64,000 nucleotides of DNA, taken from NCBI GenBank assembly GCA_965603825.1, contig CBFDEM010000053.1:248001-312000 (forward strand). Direction: 5' to 3'. Made by a program: the position numbers and the translations under genes. This DNA is from Blepharisma stoltei ATCC 30299 (lineage: Eukaryota; Protista; Ciliophora). Position 1 is the first letter of the stretch, and each line of letters begins with the position of its first letter. Below the pieces are notes generated by a model, which worked only from the letters and a program-made list of their open reading frames with translations, ran no database searches and was not told the DNA's origin. This document shows positions 32,188 through 43,683 of this stretch, piece by piece.

Positions 32188-34056
32188 ATGAAATTATTTA
32201 GATTTCATTTAGCTGAATATCGATTCAGTAAAAGTAAACATTTGAAGTTTCTTGCTAATAATCAAAGCAACTTTAGTCAGTCTTCTCGATTTTTTAAAGA
32301 AACCTTTATGTACCCTAAAGAAATACTATTGGACTATTATCGAGATAATAATGCAATTTTGAATTCAATCGCTGACAATGATGATAAGCTTTATTTGATA
32401 AAAACACTGGTGAAATGCAGTTTTGATGAAAACTTGGCGCCAATTACAAAGACAAGTTTGAGTTTGAAAGAAAAAATTGAGATTGCAAAACACCCAAAGT
32501 TTAAAGATCAATATAAAAACGAAATTATAGCTAATGCAGCATCATTAACAATTGGTGAAAGCGCAGTTGCAGCATGAATTTATGACAATGAACCGCCATT
32601 TAGTGATAAATTGTTGAAATTGGAAGGAAATTTTGAGACGTACGAGGAGCTGCTTTATTTTTTAAGAGTATGGCTGCATTGAAACATTGAAAGTAAAGAT
32701 ATGGAAAAGTATGCTTATGCACAATTTCTAGAGCTATATAGAAACCAAGGTCTTGATAATGATATTTTTCTTGAAATATGTGATTTATTAACCCAGTATT
32801 GGTCATTTATTGGTGATTTTATATATGTGGCTGCCTTATTCAATCAAAATTTACTTTCTTTTCAGCTAAACCAATTTGAAAAAGCTCTAAAGCTCATGTG
32901 CAAATTTCAGTGTTGGCTAACGTACCATGTTCCATATGATAATATAGATTTATATCTAGAAAAAATTCAAATACAAAAAAATTTCTCAGTATTACTTTCT
33001 ATATGTGAGTCTCTTTTGTATTTAAAAATAAAAATTCCAGAAAAGTTTTTACAATACATATATGAGAATTTCTTCGAACAAAACCTTGAAGAAATCGTGA
33101 AATTTTTGAATCTGTGTTTAAAAATTGATGGAAATAAAAACAGTATAAAAAAGATTGTGCAGGTAATTTCAGTGGTATGAAAAGAGTCTCCAGATTTTTC
33201 ATCAATAGTCAAATGTTTTGCTGCTTTTTCTGGGCATGATGTAGACAGCTCTCTGAGGTTAGAGTTTGTAAAATATATCATGAAAAATATAAGTCAAGCC
33301 AATAAAAAAGACATATTCGATCTTCTTGATGTTTGCTCGCACTCAAGGAACGATACAAAAGTGTATGATAAAGCAATAGAAAGACTAGAAGTGCTTTTTC
33401 CAACATTGAACTGGGATGAAACCTTGGTCATTCTTCAAATATTTGGAAGATTAGTGTCTGAAAATTATCAAATGAAAAGAAGGATAAATATGCTAATTGA
33501 GGAGAAAATCATTGAAAATTACGATAAAATCAACTTTTTCAATGTCGTACATATTTTGCATCATTTTGCATTCAAATGGTACAGTAAAGATATTTGCAAT
33601 ATGATTTTAAAGTTTATTGAGATCATGGACAAAGGACTTGAAATGTCCAATACCCCTCCTCCAGAGAGCAGTTTATATTTCAAAGAAAACTCAGTTTATT
33701 ACATCCCAAACAATGAAATCTTAAATAAACTTACCAGTGGAGCCCTTGCCACAGTCATTGAATCATTTTTTTTTCGATGTGAAAGACCCCCTTACATAAA
33801 CACAATTATGGAAAACTATCTAAAAGCACTAATTAATAGCAAATGAAGAATTTTAACAGAGAAGCACAAGTTAAAGCTTTTTCAGCTCATATCATTAAAA
33901 GAAAATCGTAACGAAAGTATAACGAAAATTATTGTCGAAAAAATATCTCAAGAGCCTATTCATTTGACAAGTCTAAAAGAAGCCAAAATTTATAACAACT
34001 CGACCAAAAGTATTAGCACAAAAGAGCATAAAGATGGAAAGACGTTAAAATACTAG
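32188..34056 (+). CDS. Helical hypothetical protein, possibly mitochondrial (622 aa; 4 UGA-Trp)
   Basis: Three ORFs join in frame to TAG at 34054; R/K/F-rich N-terminus. Confidence 0.75.
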
Positions 34057-34097
34057 GCTTCTTAAATATAAATTATAATGATTATCTCTTATTTCAA

Positions 34098-37000
34098 TTA
34101 ACAAGACTTCAAAATATCAATTGTTTCAATGACCAACCCTTCCAAAATCATATCTGCTAAATCAAGCTTCGCCTGGGTTTCTTCAAATTCATAATCGACC
34201 CAAACCTCGTCTCTTTCAAGGACTTCTTCTGCAAGCATGCTGGCAAGCCTTTCTTCCCTTACTTGCTGCATGTATTCTTCATCTACAATTCCGCTAGACA
34301 ACACCATATCTCCAGTCGGCATTTTTCCTGCTTGGGTCATGCTTCAGCTTTCAACTTCTTCTTTTACTTCTTGGATTGCTTTGTTAGGGTCCATAGTTTC
34401 ATTAGATAAATACCTAATAGAATTGCTCCAGGGCATTGGGACTCCTTTGAGGCTATATGGTCTGTATTTTTGCAGTCCTTCATTTATTGCATCAAAAATC
34501 ATTTTATTGTGAATGTGCTCAGCTTCTGACATTAATTGGATCGTGTTGGGCGACAAGTTCTTTCTCGAGCTTTCTATCTCTTTGGGATGCTCCAAGCTTA
34601 AATAGAGTTTTAGACTCAAAATTGGAGGGTAAGTTAAAAATTCATTTTCCACTGGGGTCCCGATTTCAGTTTCTTGCATTTTTGCAAGCATGTCTAAAGG
34701 ATTCCTTCTGAGTGGCTTCTTTAAGTTCTGGTAGACTTCATCGATGTTTTTAATTGCAGTCTCAAAAACCTCGTCTGCGTATTTTCTGACAGCTCGGTGG
34801 TCAGTTTGTATGATTGGCTCAGCAGATAGGCTGCTTGTGATCTCGTTTTTCCCTGATAAGTTCTTCAAATCTAATATTGGCATTAAAGGCAAAGATGACT
34901 TAGGAGAAGAACGAGGCAAAATGTCCTCTGACAGCAAACTTTTAAGAATTTCTTCACTTATTGAATTAACTAGCTCAGGAGTCATGGAATCATAAGACTT
35001 TGCATCAATTTTTTTAGGCTTCCAATTTAATTCTTCATTACCAAAACTAGGCAGTGGCATGTGGGTTGGCGTTTTTTCTTCTTCACTGTCAAGCTCTTGG
35101 AAAGGTGCTGAAGGCCGATCAGGAATGTTATCTGGAGTCCTTGAAGGCACATCAGGAGAGCTTACATTGAGCCTTTCATTGATAAATGAGTCCTCATTTC
35201 TTGGTGAATTAAATTCAGGCGACTTACCTTCATCAATATAAATATGTCCTCGTGATGAAGAAGAAACTGGTGGCGACTCTTGGTTAAACTTTTTTTTCTG
35301 TATAAAATCTGCTGCAAAGCCTGCAAAGGGCGAAATTTGTTTCATTTCAGCTGAAGAAGCACCTGAGTTATTTTCTTCATTTTTCGGAATATCAAGATGA
35401 GGGACACTGATTTGTGGACGCAGCTGATAAAAATTTTTATTTTCTACTTCAATTGAACTTTCTGGCTCTGATAAATGCTGCTCAAGGTCAGAAACAATTT
35501 CATTGTGAGACTCTGTACTGGAGTGTGACCCATTGTAGCTTTCAAGATCAATTAAAATATCGGGGTCTGACCTATCTGTTTTTATTTTTTCTGGGGTACT
35601 ATTATGGAAATCAGGGGATTCTGGCTTATCAGATTCTTCAAAGTGGGGGGAGTTGGAGTCTGGTGTAAAGTCATCTTGGTTTTTTAAATTAGCGAAAAAG
35701 TCCCTTTCGAACTTTTTGAATGATTCTTTATTTATCACGTTTTTTATCATCTCGCTGCTTGAGCTTTCTTCTAGCTTTTCAGATTTAACAGACTCAGGGG
35801 ATTCATAAGTTCTAATGCTTACTTGAGGGCTTTGGTCGCTGGGGTTTGGACTTTGGTTATACGAATCATGGTGATCCTGCTCTATTCCTGCAGGCTCCTC
35901 AGTTTCTTCTGGCTCAGCTTCAAATGTAGCTTCTTCTTTTTTCTCTTCACTAATTTGCTTTAATTGGTTTTCATTATGGACTTCATAAGTCTTTGGCCTA
36001 TCTTCTTCGCTTTCCTCAGAATCAATAGCGCCACTTTTGATATCTTTCATGATCTGCTCAAGCTCTCCAGGCTTTAAGCTATCAGTGTCTAGTCCACGGC
36101 CATAATATCCAGGTCGAGGATTCAGTGGATCATTTTTAATAAATCTATCAATTTTTCCTGAGTCAATTCCTACAAAAGTGTTATCTTCTTCAGATTCACT
36201 TCGTTGGTCTTCAAAGAATAACTCGTTTTCTGAGTACTGGTTCATTCTTTCTTCTAGCTCATCTTCCAGCTCTTTTCTTCCTGTTTCATCTAAATCTTTT
36301 ACAAGCACCTCTTGGACGTTTTCTATATTCTCTACCAATAAACTTGCTAAATGTGTATAGCGGCTTTCAATGATCCCAGCCAGCATTCCTTCGAGCTCTT
36401 TTCCTTGACCTAACTTCTGTGTGATTTCTTTTAGCTCTTTTAGTTCTTTTTGCTTCAGGAATTCTAAGTTCTGCATTTGTGATTCTTGCCATATAAGCTG
36501 CTCTTTAAGGACTTCTCTATACTCTTTTCCTTTTTGCTTTACATCTTCCAGATTTTTCAGCTCATCATTCAGCCTCCCTTCTAGTTCTACGGTATTTAAT
36601 TTTGATGTCGGCATTTGCAAGATTTCTTCTTCATTTTCTAATGGTTCTTGCTCTTCTTCTGAAGTTACATCATAGTCTTCATCAATTTCTATGGCAAGCT
36701 CTTTTTTCCTTTGTTTCGGCTCCTGAGATAGCCTTAGAATATTTTGGACTTCTTTGTCTTCGTCTGAAAAGTCATTGATGTCTTTCAATAGTCTTCTTTG
36801 GACTAGAAATCGCCTTATATGGGACTGTATTTTAACGACCGCTTTATTAATTGTTTCTGGTGATGGCTCTCTGAGGTTGTCTTTGACTTTTCCTATTCGG
36901 AGCTTTAAATCAAGCATACGCTTTTTGATATCTTCTTTCTTTAGCTCTACGCTTGATTTTAATTTGTCTGAGTCTTGGAAATCAAAGCTTCCTTCACTGC

Positions 37001-38462
37001 CACTATGAATGAACTCGAAATTTTTATTAGGAATTTTATTAGACTTGTGACTGCCATTAAGACTATAGCTTTCATTGTCGCTCTTTATTGTGTGTTCTGC
37101 TGAGTTTTCATGATCATACATAGAGAAAGTGACGTTATCTGACTGATCTAAGTGCTCGTCTTCTGAGTTTTCTGTTATGTCATACACAAATTGATGAATT
37201 TGGTGCTTTTCTGACGTTTTTATTTCTGAGTCACTTTTTGACGTTTCTTCAATATTTTCGTCGTAGCTTTTCTTTGGTGTTCTTTTCTTATGTTTCAGAG
37301 CTTTTTTCTTTTTCTTTTGAAATTTGTTTATATTGAATTTGCTATATATATCAAGCTGCTTAAGCTGATTGATACGTTTGACTTCTTCAGCTTGATGGTG
37401 GTATTTTTCTATTTCTTTGAATTCTTTTCGAGTTTTCTTTTGAGTTTTGATATATTCTTTTATATGAATATTTGGCTTTCTATCAGGCTTATTGTTCATT
37501 TGGATGATCTCTTGACTGACACTAAGACTTCTTGGCTGGTAGCCTAATTCAATTTGTAGCTCTGTCAAAGTATCAAGCCCTATTCTAGCTCTTCCAGCTG
37601 ATTTTGCTCTTTCTCGTTGCTCTCTAACTTGCTTTCTTTGCTCTGCAATTTCTCTTTGCAGCTTGGTCATGCCAGTTCCCAAAATTTTTTTTTCATTTGC
37701 TCCCCAAGCTATTTTTGGTTTAAATTTTTCTTTTCTAAATCTAATTGAATTTTCATATCTTATCTGATAATTCTGATTTTGTATATCTTTTTTCTTTCTC
37801 TCCAGCATTTCTTTCATTTCTTTTTCCTCTTTTTCTTTTTTCACCTTCTTGATTTTTTCTTTCTTCAAAGTTTGTTTTACGATTTCTTTGACTTTTGAAG
37901 AATTTCTGGGTTTTTCTGATTTTTCTTGAATAATAAAAGAGTTTTCGTTCTTATACTCTTGCTTGATCTGCACAGAAAAGGATTTATTTACGGCTTTGTT
38001 TATTTCTGCTTTTTTAGGTGTCTTCTTCGGTGTGCTTGATTTTTTGGGAGATTTTTTAGGATGAGTAAAGTCCTTTAGGTTTTTTGGATTTATTTTTGAA
38101 GGATGAATAGGAGGCTTTGGCGGATTTTTTACCGGTTTTTTCTCAGTTTTTAAGTTTGACTTGGGACGTGAAGGAAGATTTGAAATATCTGCTAATTTCC
38201 TTTCTGCTGATTTTGCAGTTCTTTTTGCTTTCGTATAGATTTGGACAGGCACAGGAAACCTGGGATTGTTGTCATTATCAGGCCGTGAAATATTATTCTG
38301 TGATTGTATTTTCTTTCCTGTTACAGGGGCGGATGGAGCTCTGCCCATACCTCCAGAGCGGTAAGTGGTGCTTACATCTAAAAAGCACATACTTTGACCC
38401 AAAAATGACACTGGAGATAACAATTGACTTTGATCTGCTGATAAATTAAGGACCTGAGTCAT
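34098..38462 (-). CDS. Large IQ-motif, DUF4378/CEP350-like centrosomal or basal-body protein
   Basis: IQSHIRRFL IQ motif; HNKMIFDAINE; after the TGA at 34344 the C-terminus reads WVDYEFEETQAKLDLADMILEGLV. Confidence 0.8.
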
Positions 38463-39870
38463 ATTTAAATGAATTAATATTCCCTCCTTTCATACTTACT
38501 AAAGAAAAACCCATTTAAAAATAAGCCAAAACATATAAATCTTCTTTAAGAGTCTGCAATTAATAATATAGGCTTTGATTTATCTCTAATGAATATAAAT
38601 AATTATCAAGGCCAAAATCAATATACAATAATTATTAAATGGAGAGAAAAGACTTATGAAATTAAATGGAAAGAAAAGAACAGTTTAGAACTTATAAAAG
38701 CGTGAGTGTTTTTGAATGAAATTTGAAATTTATTGCATCAATCAAGGTTTATGTGGTGATATTCAATGAATTAAGCCTTTTACTACTTGAACTTTGTAAA
38801 TGAGATATAAAAATGATATTTAATTATCATATGAGCAGTATCATAGAGGTTGCATCTGCTATGAGCTATGCAGAGAAGGCTTACGTGCACGGTGGATTGA
38901 TTTTAAATGCTTTTGATTGGTTATTATAAAGAATAGTTCCAAGTTATCAAGTCTGAAGCCATAAGTTGTACACTTGAAATTGGGAGAAAATATATAAACT
39001 GCATATAAGAAAACATATATAGTATGAAGATAGAGAAAATGTGCGATATGAATATAAAAAACTTATTCTATCAAAATTATCGAATATATATATTCAAGTC
39101 TATTAATGGAATGATCGTTGCAAAAGCTATGAAATAGCCTCTTTAATGAGTTCAACATTTAAAAGAAGCACACAAAAAAAAATTTCAGCTATTTCAGTCT
39201 GATTTAACGATGTTCAAAAATAAAAAATATACAATTATTGACTATGACTGGTATATCAAAGTTATCTTTTTCATATTTTCTGAAAGAAAATGATTAGTGA
39301 CTAAAATCTGTCCTTTTAAATTTTATAAGTTCATAACTCCACAATAAAAGTTTTGGAAGGAACTTATAAATAAGATTAGCCTAGTGTTAATCCTCTTGCC
39401 TCTGCATACATATCAAACAAAATATCATCAATAATTTTACCTTAAAATTCTATTTCGAGTAATACACTCAACTTTAGTGACGAAAGCATAAAAGATTAGA
39501 GAATTCATTACTTAAGCTTATACATGCAAGTAGATTTGCAAAAGACTGGTTATTTAGTGTTAATAAAATACTTTATTTCTTAAAGTTGCGCATGTGAAGT
39601 TGATTCTGAAAGAATTTGAAAATGATATTAAGCCCTTACGGGGATTTAATAGTGAATATTAAAGACATCTTAGAAACAGATCAACCTTCAAAAAGGAACC
39701 CGAGTCCACCCTTTTTAAGGTTGCCATAATTAGTCCATGGATGATAGGAATTATAAGTAAGTATTGATTTAAAACTCATAATTCTATCAGACTTATATTC
39801 ATTTCTAACTGGATATTTTACCTGATCTTAAATTCCTTTATTTAATTCGATATAAACCACTTAATAAAAT

Positions 39871-41886
39871 ATGCACTTGCAAAGAAAAGTTAAAGCAGCT
39901 TCTGATGGCCTGGGTCTGAAAAACAGTAAGCAAAAGATTTTAAATTTGCCAAATGAATTTCAGAAAAATCAATGCAAAACAATTCTCTACAGCAAAATCT
40001 GGCAAGGCGATTATAAACTTAAAGATTCTCCTGCTTCTTTGTGCAATGGATTTATGCTATGGTATATCATTGATGTCGAATATTTTTATCCAAGCTTATA
40101 TTTAAGCTATGTTCCTGAGTTTCCGTTTATTGAAGGTGCGAGCCTTGAATATACTTCATTAAATCTTAAACCAAAACCAAAAAATAGTGAAAGTCTAAGC
40201 TTTATTGATTCATTAATAAATTATTATCAAGTTGAGCATGATAACGTAAAGCAAGATCTCCAGCCTCTACTTCAAGAAATCAGTCAAAAGTGTTCAATAG
40301 TTGATAAAACAAATAATTTAGTATTGATCTCAGAAGAAAAAAACTGCGCAGATATAATTAAACTAGATTTAAATTTGATCCAGCAAGATTACATCCAATA
40401 TTTTGAGGAATCGTTTATGACACTAGCGAATAAAGATAAGGAGTTTCAGATGCTAAGCTTAAGAAAAAGCTTAGAAAAACAATATCAAGGCTGCTGGGTT
40501 TGCTCTGAGAGTGATAACGATGAATCTGACTTATTGGTTAAGTGCAAAAGCTGTTTTATGGAAGTTCACATAAAATGCTACGGAATTACAGGAAATTTTG
40601 ATGAGTGGATATGTGATCCTTGTCTAGAAATCCCAAAAGAAAAACGAGGTACATATTCTTGCGCTCTTTGCCCCAGGAAAGGTGGCGCATTGAAAAAAAC
40701 TCTTCAAGCCAATATCAACTCTAACCCCTACCCTAACTATATACCAAATAAAGCAAAAGATGAAGACTTTATTTGGGTCCACGCATTTTGTGCTATGAGA
40801 GTTGAAAAAGTCCACATATCAAATACATCGAAATTAAACGAAATTGATATTTCAAAAATAAACTCAATTTCCTTTTCATCTATATGCGAAACCTGCAAAA
40901 CTGCAAACGGCGCTTGCGTATTTTGCAGCTTTAAAGGATGCAGCAAAGGATTTCACCCTGAGTGTGGGAAAGATCATTTTTCCACAAAAAGAGGCCTTGG
41001 GAAGCATAAGCTTTATTGTGCATTACATAAGCCTTTACAGCTGAGAAAAATGCTTGAAACAAGGCAGAAAAAAATCAATGATGATATTTTCAAATTTTGC
41101 AAGGCTATAGAAAAATGGGAACAAAAAGGTAAACAACAAAAAGGAATAAAAAGAAAAAGAGAAAAAAAGATATTAGCAGCCCCATCAAAAATCTTTACAA
41201 CGGTAGAAGACCAAAATCTGGAATTCAAAATCCAGAAATTTCTGCATAAATTGAATGTTGGGCAGAACAGACCATTTTTCATTCAAATAAATTTGAATGC
41301 ATCGACGAGAAAATCACGTGTTGATGTAGACAGGCCAGAATATTTCACTATGATACAACCAGAAGTAATTTTAGAAAATTCGATTACTATAGAGAAAAGA
41401 ACGCCAGAGGAGTGCTTTAAAAGGTATCAGGATACGCTTTACACAAGAATAAAAAATGATATTTTATTGAGAGGGGATCGCTTATCGATTTATTTTGGGC
41501 AAAATAAGTTGCCATCACGCTACTTAGCTAAAAAAGTAAAGAATGCAAATGGCAAAGGTGTTAACAAAAGAGGAAAACAAAAAGTTCAAGCTAAAAGTCT
41601 TAAAAAAATACTCCCAAAGCCAATAAAAAGCAAAGATAAATATTGCTACTGTAATAAGCCCTTCTATTATCAGCTGCCATGCCTTCCTGAATGGTCACAA
41701 GAAGAGTATGAAAAGAAAATAAAAGAAAATGAAATGATTGAATGCACTCAATGCGAAAATTGGTTTCATTTCGGATGTATTGACTATGCTGGAACTTTGG
41801 AGCAAGCTCAATGCGAAGAGTGGGTATGTGCTGACTGCTCAATGAAAAGACAAAAAATAACCGAAGTGCCAACAAACGAAGATTAA
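39871..41886 (+). CDS. PHD-Zn-knuckle-PHD (PZP, BRPF/JADE/Nto1-like) chromatin protein with an extra C-terminal PHD
   Basis: CWVC..VHIKCYG..WICDPC; CALCPRKGGALK; WVHAFCA; FHPEC; YCYC..WFHFGC. Confidence 0.92.
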   Translation: MHLQRKVKAASDGLGLKNSKQKILNLPNEFQKNQCKTILYSKIWQGDYKLKDSPASLCNGFMLWYIIDVEYFYPSLYLSYVPEFPFIEGASLEYTSLNLKPKPKNSESLSFIDSLINYYQVEHDNVKQDLQPLLQEISQKCSIVDKTNNLVLISEEKNCADIIKLDLNLIQQDYIQYFEESFMTLANKDKEFQMLSLRKSLEKQYQGCWVCSESDNDESDLLVKCKSCFMEVHIKCYGITGNFDEWICDPCLEIPKEKRGTYSCALCPRKGGALKKTLQANINSNPYPNYIPNKAKDEDFIWVHAFCAMRVEKVHISNTSKLNEIDISKINSISFSSICETCKTANGACVFCSFKGCSKGFHPECGKDHFSTKRGLGKHKLYCALHKPLQLRKMLETRQKKINDDIFKFCKAIEKWEQKGKQQKGIKRKREKKILAAPSKIFTTVEDQNLEFKIQKFLHKLNVGQNRPFFIQINLNASTRKSRVDVDRPEYFTMIQPEVILENSITIEKRTPEECFKRYQDTLYTRIKNDILLRGDRLSIYFGQNKLPSRYLAKKVKNANGKGVNKRGKQKVQAKSLKKILPKPIKSKDKYCYCNKPFYYQLPCLPEWSQEEYEKKIKENEMIECTQCENWFHFGCIDYAGTLEQAQCEEWVCADCSMKRQKITEVPTNED

Positions 41887-42052
41887 CTTTGCATTCTTTA
41901 CTTAAAAGTTTAGATGATATAAATGCTAATAATTATTCTGTAATAATTTGGAAATATATTTAATAAATTTTATGCCTTAGTTTAGATATTATCATATAGT
42001 TTTATTTTTTAAGCTAATCAACATAAACTAATAGGATTATTAAATTTTATGC

Positions 42053-42730
42053 CTATTCTTTGTATTTTTCTTCAATTTCTCCTTCAAAATCTCCTTCTTC
42101 AATAAAAACATCCTTATCTTCAATCAATTCTTTATCTTCTTTCTTTTCAAGTTCACTGAAATTAATTCCATCATAGCTAGTAAGCCCTTTATCCAGTCTA
42201 TATTTTTTATTTGCATACTCAGGCTTAAATTCAATTAATCTTTTTCTGTACAAGCTTAATTGAGGATCTTTTTTAATAGCTAGTAGTGCACGATCAGGGA
42301 AAACAGTTCTAAAAGTCGATAAATAGTCAAGAGCAAATGAATAAGTTGGAATTCCAATTAAAAATCCTGTACATATAACATCTTTACGGAATAAGCTAGA
42401 ATCCCCAGAAGAAGTTCGAAATCGTCTGTAATTTGTTACTTTTCGCGCAAGAAGCCAGACAACCACAGTAAATGCTAAATCTAATCGCAACCTGGATCTT
42501 ATTTCAACTTGAGCAAAAGCACTCTGAACAAATGAAGGTAATTTTTGGTCTGAGTCAGCTTGTCGGCCAGCTATTAACTCATCGGCTGTTATGAGAGGAA
42601 GAACATGCTCTTCAAGATCTTTATAAGAAATTGGTCCAAAATAAGGACATATATTAGTTCATAGATCTTCGTACTCTTTTTTAGCTTCAGCAGGGCTTTT
42701 CCTTTTCCCAAAATAATAAGGAAAACTCAT
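42053..42730 (-). CDS. Hypothetical membrane protein (225 aa; 1 UGA-Trp)
   Basis: ATG at 42730 (MSFPYYFG..) is in frame with ORF 42053-42490. Confidence 0.7.
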
Positions 42731-43017
42731 TATAAATCCATCATTATTTTTAGGAATAAAATGCTTAAAAGTAAAGATATATCATTTACTTCTATTTATC
42801 TTTAATAAAAATGCTAAATTATTACATTCTAATACAAATAAAATGTAAATCCTGATATATCATATACTTTTTTATTTTGCGAAACCTGCACACCAATATA
42901 TGCAGAAAATAAAATAATTTTTCTCATATTATATTCTTCGGATCTCTAATAATTCAGCAATATATAGTTTATAAACTAATAAAAGAAATGCACAGTCATA
43001 AATATAATTGCTTATAA

Positions 43018-43662
43018 ATGGCTAACTTTGATCAAGTCTTACAAAATCTCAGCTTTTATGATAACAAAAAAGAAAAATCCACTTGAAGTGGGTGACTTTC
43101 AGGGTACTGAAACAAAAAAAATCCAACCGACAAAGACAAAGACAAATTTTTTGACAACCTAGCAGCATCTATCAAAACAAAAGGCGCAGCTGGACTTTCC
43201 GTCTTTCAATCTGCAGCAAACCGAACCTATAGAATTAAAAACTTTTTCTTATTCTTATTGCTTTCAATTGGGCTATTTATCGGGGCATTTATGTTTTTAC
43301 CTATGGTTTTACTATTTCCTCAAAAATTCGCTCTGATGTTTTCTTTAGCATCTCTCTGCATGCAAATTGCAATGAGCTACCTTAAGCCAAATTCGATAGC
43401 TTACATGAAATGTTTATTCTATGGCAAAGACAATCTGAAAGTATCATTAGCTTATTTTATCTCCTTGCTCTGGACAATATATTCTGCTATTATACTACGT
43501 AGCTATATTTGGGTGTGCATTTCTTCAAGTATACAGTTTTTAGCTTTGCTTTGGTTTCTGTTTAGCATGGTTCCTGGAGGGACTTCTGGGTTCATTACTC
43601 TACTAAAGTACAGCTTTAAGCTCTGCCCTTGCATGCCAACTGAGTCATTATTACCTTTATAA
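43018..43662 (+). CDS. SFT2: SFT2/Got1-family vesicle transport protein (3 UGA-Trp)
   Basis: PQKFALMFSLAS, QFLALLWFLFSMVPGG; 4 TM. Confidence 0.88.
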
Positions 43663-43683
43663 TCATTAGATAATAAAATTAAT

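Noticed and set aside
34457-38449. Multiple plus-strand ORFs opposite the 1454-aa gene, and similar antisense ORFs elsewhere (e.g. 4588-5133, 48920-49480)
   Set aside because: Antisense shadows with S/F/L-rich composition, often with non-ATG starts.
39622-39660. SECIS-like ATGA..TGA stem
   Set aside because: No apical AA motif, wrong core spacing, and not in a 3' UTR.
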